A stretch of 64,000 bases of DNA from a virus, in the IMG/VR virus record IMGVR_UViG_3300032271_001847, positions 5,764 through 69,763 of that record; one strand, 5' to 3'. The position numbers and the translations under genes were made by a program. Numbering within the stretch: position 1 is the stretch's first letter; the number at the start of each line of letters is the position of its first letter. The notes under the pieces are model-generated. The model searched no databases. It saw only the letters and a program-made list of their open reading frames with translations, and was not told the origin of the DNA. Of the stretch, positions 58,201-64,000 are shown piece by piece.

Positions 58201-59096
58201 CCAGTTTTGCCAATCTTTTCACCGAGGATCCGGTGTCCAAGCTCAAACGATTTGCTGAGATTGGACCTCCGTTACGGATAGCAGCCGATAGCATGCGGGT
58301 GTTCAGCGAAGTCATGCCAACCGCGGTTGATGCTTTGAATCGGATCAGCATCAGCAGGAATGCCGTTGATGCACTTGATCGATTCAAAGACATGTTTGGC
58401 ACCGGATGGTTTACGTCTCGAATCTCCGAAGAAGATCTACAAGGTGGTATATTTGCCATACTTCGCAAGTTCTCCCAGGAACAGGACGTGGTTAGGGCAG
58501 CGGTGAGTTCCATAGGTTTGTTGTCTGGAATTAGCGTACCAGACAGCATAATGCAGAATCTGCAAAAAATGCAGGATATCTTTCGTACAGGATTCTTCTC
58601 ATCTCGAATCTCCGAAGAAGATCTACAAGGTGGTATATTTGTGATATTTTCCAAGTTTGCCGAGCAACGCACCACCATTGAGTTGGCAGTTGAAGCAATC
58701 AATCGTCTTTCACAGATTGATCTATCAGGCGTGACCAAGCTCAGGGATCTGTTTGCGATTTCCAGCAGCATTGGACCTCGTAGCATATCAAATCTGTCAG
58801 CATTGGTTAGCAATCCACAGTTTGTGCAAAGCCTGCAAGGTCTCATGTCTGCCGTACAAACGGCAGCTCCAGCAGCCGCACCTGTATCAGCAGGTGCTGG
58901 AACAGGCGGTGGTGCGATAACCGTGGATCAGCTTAATCTTGAAACCATACAATATTACAACGTAACCAAGGCCAAGTTTACCGAAATGGCAGATACCCTG
59001 CTGCGAATGCTTGACACCCTAAACGTTACAAAAGACAACAGTGATCGAGGTTTCCGTGATCTTGAAACGGCCGTTGCAAGGATTCGTGGTATTTGA
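55266..59096 (+). CDS. Tape-measure-like protein
   Basis: 1276-aa Ala/Gly-rich helical protein with internal repeats; divergent ATAAATA promoters at 55202-55226. Confidence 0.7.
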   Translation: MADPLSLDEAKRLGWATEETLGNLLSNSEITNATLRLIGERYKGFGTKLDTKIEELGIVIKDSMPTPKKADPETVKNTSGLGKVSDRLRAVDRGFGQFSSMFNAKDASSMIGGLASGLHGLETDARYYGGALKEFIPYLSIATDLLKAFNSVLKEITVVMDGMREMYAGGVNVGSSLSGLAQAASDSGMRVTEFASMLAKHGRVAATLGTKATVDLSRQFQRMTGFGGELMMGQKEAGQSFFETLEMMRNSGEMQGLSQQQIARRGVNLLQNFNDLAIATGRNRDELRKQTADILRQPLINLWSRMLPEEGRRRLSDMTSRLAAEFGDQGATIANMIERVGQAGGSFGLMEEQFRPLVSLVPGFGSALQNAARSVRDGSMTQEQAVRGLSTSFDGMSEQQLSMMSRANPQLAGFVSQVLQARQAAADARKQLEREAVTRGMTTAALEEERRRQTQRMQQIQTSLNTAGASATRFGQSFTKIAASLSGVVTPVLDGFSFTLDIVSSVFETLADIIEPFADIIGRVTSIIGKIVGGVINTVGNIVGKLWRESGLAYIFTSAGNGIESIVNFLDDAIDGIDDFFESINTGFNNVFDYLKIKIDRVLGWFGISSGGSSNKEEGSTGVTAGGVVTTVTTMIAGGLLFKIASTTLKWIAGAGAGLFTRATGLLSKIPLGRMAATAGGLLGKIPLGRMAATAGGVLGKIPGVGAVGRAAGAATGLASKAMGAVSGLATKATGAGAGRIGGMLGGIGRGISGFTAGMGRAVSSALRGLASGISALGRPAVLRGLLAMTAMVVPLYLSAKAFKEFNTVDWESMAKAGLALGAIGGTIALVGRKVGATEVRGAAMFAAAVGAIGLGMLVAGEGLKTFNDVNWESMAKAGIAIAVLAGAAALAGSGPQAAAIALGGLAIGGAIGAIGAGIAGAAWLLGNTLPDLINGIKGFEQLDGQKLKDAAVGMAEISGALVLMTGGSIVSGLGGLVSSFANLFTEDPVSKLKRFAEIGPPLRIAADSMRVFSEVMPTAVDALNRISISRNAVDALDRFKDMFGTGWFTSRISEEDLQGGIFAILRKFSQEQDVVRAAVSSIGLLSGISVPDSIMQNLQKMQDIFRTGFFSSRISEEDLQGGIFVIFSKFAEQRTTIELAVEAINRLSQIDLSGVTKLRDLFAISSSIGPRSISNLSALVSNPQFVQSLQGLMSAVQTAAPAAAPVSAGAGTGGGAITVDQLNLETIQYYNVTKAKFTEMADTLLRMLDTLNVTKDNSDRGFRDLETAVARIRGI
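57258..57373 (+). repeat. 48-bp tandem repeat (~2.4 copies) in the tape measure gene
   Basis: Encodes GLL(S/G)KIPLGRMAATAG units; DNA near-identical. Confidence 0.9.
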
Positions 59097-59155
59097 TGCC
59101 ATTGGCACGAATTGCCCTATAAATATCAAAAGATAACCAGAAGGTAACAATAACC

Positions 59156-60934
59156 ATGACATCGTGGAAGAAATATTTTTCGGCAGTGCCAAGCCACAAC
59201 AGGCTCACACAACGCATGGACCAATCCAACGGACAGCAAAACCTAGGATCAGCTGGATCAGGTGCAAAATACTCATCATATCTTCCCGAGGTTTACAGTG
59301 GCGCACCAAACAGGGTTGAGCGCTACATCCAATATGAACAGATGGATCTTGACAGCGAGATCAACAAGGGATTGGACATCATTGCCGATTATTCAACACA
59401 AAACTATGATATCGGTGAGGAACCATTCACCATCAGCTACAAGGATACCATGAGCGAGACCGAGATCAAGCTGCTCAAGCAGATGCTTGCGCAATGGTGC
59501 AGCCTCAATCGGTGGCGCCAGAGACTATGGCGCGCATTTCGCAACACCATCAAATATGGTGACCAGATCTACATCAGAGATCCTGAAACTTTCAAGTTGA
59601 TATGGATTGATCCAACCAAGGTTGAGAAGATCATCGTCAATGAGGCCAGGGGTAAGGAGGCTGAGCAATATGTGATACGTGATATCGACATCAATCTTAG
59701 CACCCTGGTTGGTACCAACATGCTTGTGCATGATCAGTATAGCTTTCCGGGTGGTTATCCACGCAGTTCTAATCCAGCAGCCGGTGCTGGCACCGTAAAC
59801 TATGGGATAAGCACAAGTCCTGGCAGCAGGACCAGCCGGTTTGATAATCAGCCAAATCAGATGGCAATTGATGCTTCCCACGTGGTGCATCTCAGCCTAT
59901 CTGAAGGCATGGATAGCCAATGGCCATTTGGAACATCGCTTCTAGAAAGCATATACAAGGTCTATAAGCAGAAGGATCTACTTGAGGATTCCATTCTTAT
60001 CTATCGCATAGTACGCGCACCAGAACGCCGGGTTTTCTATATCGATACTGGAAGCCTAAGCGGTCCACGGGCGCAAGCGGTGGTTGAACGCATGAAGAAC
60101 GAGATCTATCAGCGCAGGATACCCAATAGGACCGGTGGTGGCCAAAGCATACTTGATGCTGCGTACAGTCCACTGGCCATTAATGAGGACTACTTCCTTG
60201 CCACCAACAGCGAAGGTAAGGGAACTAGGATTGAAACCCTCGCCGGCGGCGACAATCTAGGACAGATCGACGATCTCAAGTATTTCAACAACAAGATGAT
60301 ACGAGGGCTCGGGATCCCAAGCGGCTATCTGCCAACTGGACCGGAAGATGGTACCACCGCTTATAATGACGGCAAGGTTGGTACCGCATATGTGCAGGAG
60401 TTCCGTTTTGCCAAATATTGCCAGAGATTACAAAATCTCATTGGTCCCGTTCTTGATAGGGAGTTTAAGCTTTATCTCAAGGGACGGGGTGTTGATATTG
60501 AAAGCAGCAGCTTCGATCTGCAGATGTGGGAACCACAAAGTTTTGCACAATACAAGCAGATACAACTTGACACCGAACAGATAACGGTATTTTCAAGCCT
60601 CATGCAGACGGAAGCAGCCAAGTATATCAGCAAACGCAAGGCGTTGATGCGATATCTTGGATGGAGCGAGGACGAAGTCATTGAAAATGAACGTATGTGG
60701 AAAGAAGAGAACGCCAAGAAGGTCAAGGATAAGATTGGTGTTACCGTTGGTGATGACGAAAAACCAGGGCTACGGGGTGTTGGGATACGGCCAGTTTCTA
60801 ACGAACCTCCGCCTGGAGAAGAACCACCGCCAGAAGAAGGTGGAGAACAGGCTCCGCCGCCACCGGCTGGAGGGCCATCTCCACCAGCAGCAGGTGGATC
60901 AGCGGTTAATCCTCTGGGCGAGCCAGCAGCCTGA
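59156..60934 (+). CDS. Portal protein (T4 gp20-like)
   Basis: YEQMD.D.EI, LLEDSILIYRIVRAPERRVFYIDTG, EDYF, IETLAGGDNLGQIDD; TATAAATA upstream. Confidence 0.95.
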   Translation: MTSWKKYFSAVPSHNRLTQRMDQSNGQQNLGSAGSGAKYSSYLPEVYSGAPNRVERYIQYEQMDLDSEINKGLDIIADYSTQNYDIGEEPFTISYKDTMSETEIKLLKQMLAQWCSLNRWRQRLWRAFRNTIKYGDQIYIRDPETFKLIWIDPTKVEKIIVNEARGKEAEQYVIRDIDINLSTLVGTNMLVHDQYSFPGGYPRSSNPAAGAGTVNYGISTSPGSRTSRFDNQPNQMAIDASHVVHLSLSEGMDSQWPFGTSLLESIYKVYKQKDLLEDSILIYRIVRAPERRVFYIDTGSLSGPRAQAVVERMKNEIYQRRIPNRTGGGQSILDAAYSPLAINEDYFLATNSEGKGTRIETLAGGDNLGQIDDLKYFNNKMIRGLGIPSGYLPTGPEDGTTAYNDGKVGTAYVQEFRFAKYCQRLQNLIGPVLDREFKLYLKGRGVDIESSSFDLQMWEPQSFAQYKQIQLDTEQITVFSSLMQTEAAKYISKRKALMRYLGWSEDEVIENERMWKEENAKKVKDKIGVTVGDDEKPGLRGVGIRPVSNEPPPGEEPPPEEGGEQAPPPPAGGPSPPAAGGSAVNPLGEPAA

Positions 60935-60961
60935 TAAATATCGCTAATACAAGGAAATGAG

Positions 60962-61186
60962 ATGAACGCCAACGAAATTGATCCAACATTTAGGGATAGA
61001 GATGCTGACATGATACAGCAGCTAAACATCCATGACTCTCGCAAGCCCACCATCACGCTGGCATCCTTAAACAAGCTGAAAAAGATGCGTGCTGCTAAGG
61101 ATCTTGAAACGCTGATGCGCGGGGATTTCATGGAAATCATCTATGGATCAACCGGTGAGGAAGCAGCCGGGGGTGGTGGATTTTAA
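60962..61186 (+). CDS. Small head-region protein
   Basis: DSRKPTITL..LNKLKKMR...YG; ATAAATA upstream. Confidence 0.7.
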   Translation: MNANEIDPTFRDRDADMIQQLNIHDSRKPTITLASLNKLKKMRAAKDLETLMRGDFMEIIYGSTGEEAAGGGGF

Positions 61187-62262
61187 TGGTTTATAACGTA
61201 ACAAAATATGATGGAACACCACTGGCAAGCGTCACTGATGGCACCGTTGATACCACATCGTCTAGTATCGCGTTAATAGGCCGGAATGCCGTTAATTTTG
61301 GCCTGGCACTGAACGAAAATCTTGTTGCCCTCATGCAGCATTTTGCCAACACCAGCCCGCCGCCGTCGCCGGTGCAGGGACAGATATGGTATGATTCGGT
61401 GCATAGCAGTCTCAAGGTGTGGGATGGATACAAGTGGCTGATAGTCACTCCGCCATTTGACGGTAATGCTGGTACCGCTACCATCGTGATATCATCAACG
61501 ATCGAGGTGGTTGCTGCCCTGAGCATGGGCCACATCGTCAGCGTTACTTCCCATCAAACCCTAGCTCCGGCTGATCTTCCTGACACCGTGACGATCGCTG
61601 ACACCAGTTATGATTTCAAAGCAAGGTTTTCCAACGGACTATCAGCTGGCATAACGCTCGCAACGGATCCAGCTGGATACAAGATGTATGGAACGGCAAC
61701 ACATGCCAATGTGCTAACCACCGCACGATCAATTGGCCTTGTTGGATCCATCACCGGAAACGTGCTGTTTGATGGCAGCAACGACGTGGTGATAACATCA
61801 AATCTCATAAACGTCCTTAACTCAAACATCACGGCTGACACCTTTTATACCAAGGTTAAGGTGTCATCAAACGGATTGGTGACCGATGGTAATCTGATAG
61901 TTGATCAGGATGTCTTTGCTGCTCTTGGTTACACCCCGCCGTCGCAGGTATTCATCGGCGGTGATGCATATGGAAACACCGTTGCAAATGGCACCGTATT
62001 CACGGTGAACATCGCATTGAGCAACACCACGGTCACCCCAGGATACTACAACAACGTCACCGTTGACGCGGCAGGCAGGGTGATTGCTGGACGGAATGAT
62101 CATCCTTTTCCGGTCAAAGGCATCATCCTATGGGACGACATACTGGTTCCAAATGGATATGCGGTATGTGATGGCAGCAACGTGGTCACTTACGCAGGAA
62201 CGATCTCTCTTCCAACCATACCTCCAATAGGATCCGCAAGGTACATCATGCGGATATCGTGA
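61186..62262 (+). CDS. Fibre-like structural protein
   Basis: N-terminus paralogous to 17187-18335; TARSI.L.G...G...FDGS, VTVDAAGRV, collar-like GYAVCDG. Confidence 0.7.
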   Translation: MVYNVTKYDGTPLASVTDGTVDTTSSSIALIGRNAVNFGLALNENLVALMQHFANTSPPPSPVQGQIWYDSVHSSLKVWDGYKWLIVTPPFDGNAGTATIVISSTIEVVAALSMGHIVSVTSHQTLAPADLPDTVTIADTSYDFKARFSNGLSAGITLATDPAGYKMYGTATHANVLTTARSIGLVGSITGNVLFDGSNDVVITSNLINVLNSNITADTFYTKVKVSSNGLVTDGNLIVDQDVFAALGYTPPSQVFIGGDAYGNTVANGTVFTVNIALSNTTVTPGYYNNVTVDAAGRVIAGRNDHPFPVKGIILWDDILVPNGYAVCDGSNVVTYAGTISLPTIPPIGSARYIMRIS

Positions 62263-62381
62263 TATAATTGCCATAATTTTGAGAAAATTGGTGATTTCAA
62301 CCATTTATTCCGTTGGTTATGACAGCGCGGATTAAATAATTCCGAGTCTGTCTTACACTTTTGACAAAGGAGCTAAACATC

Positions 62382-63299
62382 ATGACGACGCATGTGAAAC
62401 TTACAAAGGTACTTGAGTACCTCATTAAGAATGACGAGGAGAAAGCTCGAGAGCTTCTCCATCAGGTATTCATCGAAAAGGCCCGTGCCATCCACGAAGA
62501 ACTAATGGGCATGGATGAGGAAATGGATGAGGAAATGGATGAGACCGTTGGCGGCAGCGGAAATTTTGGTAAGGATCTTACCAATGAGATTTCTGCCATG
62601 GAAGACGAGATTGATTTCGAAGAGACCATGAACGAGGAAGGTGACGACACTGGTATGGAAAACATGCCGATGACTGTTGACACTGGTGAAGAGTCTGACG
62701 ACGAAGGTACGGGAGAGTTTGCCGGTATCGAAGATAAGATGAATGATCTTGAAACCGCGCTTGCGGAGCTGAAGGCCGAATTTGAAAAGCTTGAAGCCGA
62801 GGAAGAAGGCGAAGGCGAGGAAGAAGAAGGCGAGGAAGAAGGCGAAGGCGAGGAAGAAGGCGAGATGGAAGAGTCATGGGACCTCGACGAGGACTTTGAT
62901 GATCTAGCTGAAAGCCTGGATCTTGAAGTCGTTGAAAAGGATATGGCAAAGTCAGCAACAACCCCAGGTGAGGTTGGTGCAGGACATAGTGGAATGGCAA
63001 TCGACAAGAGCGCCAAGAGCCCGCTGCCAGCAAGCCAGAAGGATCGCATGGGAGCCAAGCCGGTTGAGACCGGAAAGGGCGGAACCCATAATGGTTATAA
63101 CCGCGAGACTGCACCAAAGACCGACCAACTGGCCGGAATGAAGGCTGACAATCGTCGCAAGAAGAGCACCGACGGCGCATCAAAGATGAGCCAACAAGGT
63201 GACGCTTCTGCCGCACTGAACAAGACTGCCAGCGAGTTTGGCATCGGGTCAACCGGCAAGATGAGCCCGCTCAGCAAGGGTGGTTCTAATCTTAAGTGA
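62382..63299 (+). CDS. Highly acidic prohead core/scaffold-like protein
   Basis: Glu/Asp-rich, short coiled coil, between portal and protease; AAGGAG RBS. Confidence 0.7.
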   Translation: MTTHVKLTKVLEYLIKNDEEKARELLHQVFIEKARAIHEELMGMDEEMDEEMDETVGGSGNFGKDLTNEISAMEDEIDFEETMNEEGDDTGMENMPMTVDTGEESDDEGTGEFAGIEDKMNDLETALAELKAEFEKLEAEEEGEGEEEEGEEEGEGEEEGEMEESWDLDEDFDDLAESLDLEVVEKDMAKSATTPGEVGAGHSGMAIDKSAKSPLPASQKDRMGAKPVETGKGGTHNGYNRETAPKTDQLAGMKADNRRKKSTDGASKMSQQGDASAALNKTASEFGIGSTGKMSPLSKGGSNLK

Positions 63300-63314
63300 T
63301 TGGCTTGGAAGGAC

Positions 63315-63336
63315 AATGCCGGTGAAAACCGGCATT
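63315..63336 (+). terminator. GAAA-loop hairpin after the acidic core gene
   Basis: AATGCCGGT-GAAA-ACCGGCATT, short U tail. Confidence 0.5.
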
Positions 63337-63422
63337 TCCATAAAAAATCCAAGTAAAATCGCCGGTAATAGCAGTTACCTCTTAAATATCAACATGGTCA
63401 AGCAATATCAAGAAGGCAACAG

Positions 63423-64000
63423 ATGAAACGACCCGATATACTGATAGAACACTTAGGTTACGATGCCGCAAAAGCAGAGGTTATCGTTGAGAGTGATGCT
63501 ATCAATCCAGGTGGTGTGAAGAACGTGTACATGAAGGGTATCTTCATACAAGGCGATCTTCGTAATCACAATGGACGGGTATATCCTATCAATGAGATAC
63601 GCAAGGCGGTCGAAAACATCAAGCAAGCCATCAAGGACGATTCCGGGGTTCTCGGAGAGTGCGATCATCCACAGGAGCTGCAAATACATCTCGATCGGGT
63701 CAGCCACAAGATCACCGATATGTGGATGGATGGTGCCAACGGTTACGGTAAGCTACAGATATTGCCAACACCGTGCGGTAACATCGTTAGGACGCTATTG
63801 GATTGCGGGGTCAAGCTGGGTGTCAGCTCTCGTGGATCGGGTAACGTTGATGATAGCGGTAAGGTGTCAGAGTTTGACATGCTGACCGTTGACATAGTGG
63901 CTAAGCCATCTGCGCCAAATGCATACCCCACACCCATGTATGAGGCTATCATGAACCGCAGGCATGGTTACAAGATTCATGAACTAGCAGAAAGCATGAA
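63423..64000 (+). CDS. Prohead protease (T4 gp21-like), partial
   Basis: MKGIFIQGD.RNHNGRVYP, GECDHP, RVSH, LGVSSRGSG, DIVAKPSAPNA; runs off the window end. Confidence 0.95.
   Translation, partial: MKRPDILIEHLGYDAAKAEVIVESDAINPGGVKNVYMKGIFIQGDLRNHNGRVYPINEIRKAVENIKQAIKDDSGVLGECDHPQELQIHLDRVSHKITDMWMDGANGYGKLQILPTPCGNIVRTLLDCGVKLGVSSRGSGNVDDSGKVSEFDMLTVDIVAKPSAPNAYPTPMYEAIMNRRHGYKIHELAESM

Noticed and set aside
55979-58846. Long antisense ORFs of 351 and 600 aa
   Set aside because: Shadows of the Ala/Gly-rich tape measure gene, with no motifs
62462-63252. Ser-rich and Arg/Leu-rich antisense ORFs and GAA/GGC repeats
   Set aside because: Reverse-strand reading of the low-complexity Glu/Gly codons of the acidic core protein

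Overview
This 64 kb window is from a large T4-related (jumbo-type) myophage. The host is probably alphaproteobacterial, inferred from the IMPDH sequence and promoter shape. It holds nucleotide and RNA-repair genes (split-intein IMPDH, a physically split RNA ligase, a PNK-like kinase, MazG-like proteins, ThyX) and spanins. A radical SAM/glycosyltransferase cluster follows the tail and baseplate genes, which include a 3735-aa wedge protein, gp6, gp25, gp53 and a gp5 with one SGNH and two lysozyme domains. Also present: SNF2 helicase, late sigma gp55, gp47, gp46 with a class 3 intein, a resolvase, tape measure, portal and the start of the prohead protease. Strongest leads: (1) a protein resembling TnpB without RuvC, upstream of a ~450-nt densely structured non-coding tract; (2) small ORFs carrying isolated motifs of core phage proteins (capsid Gol region, a capsid helix, PolB motif B), possibly decoys; (3) a covarying structured leader shared by two unrelated homing endonucleases; (4) an RNA ligase cut in two by an antisense HNH gene with no intein. 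All homology calls come from reading motifs by eye; no searches were run.
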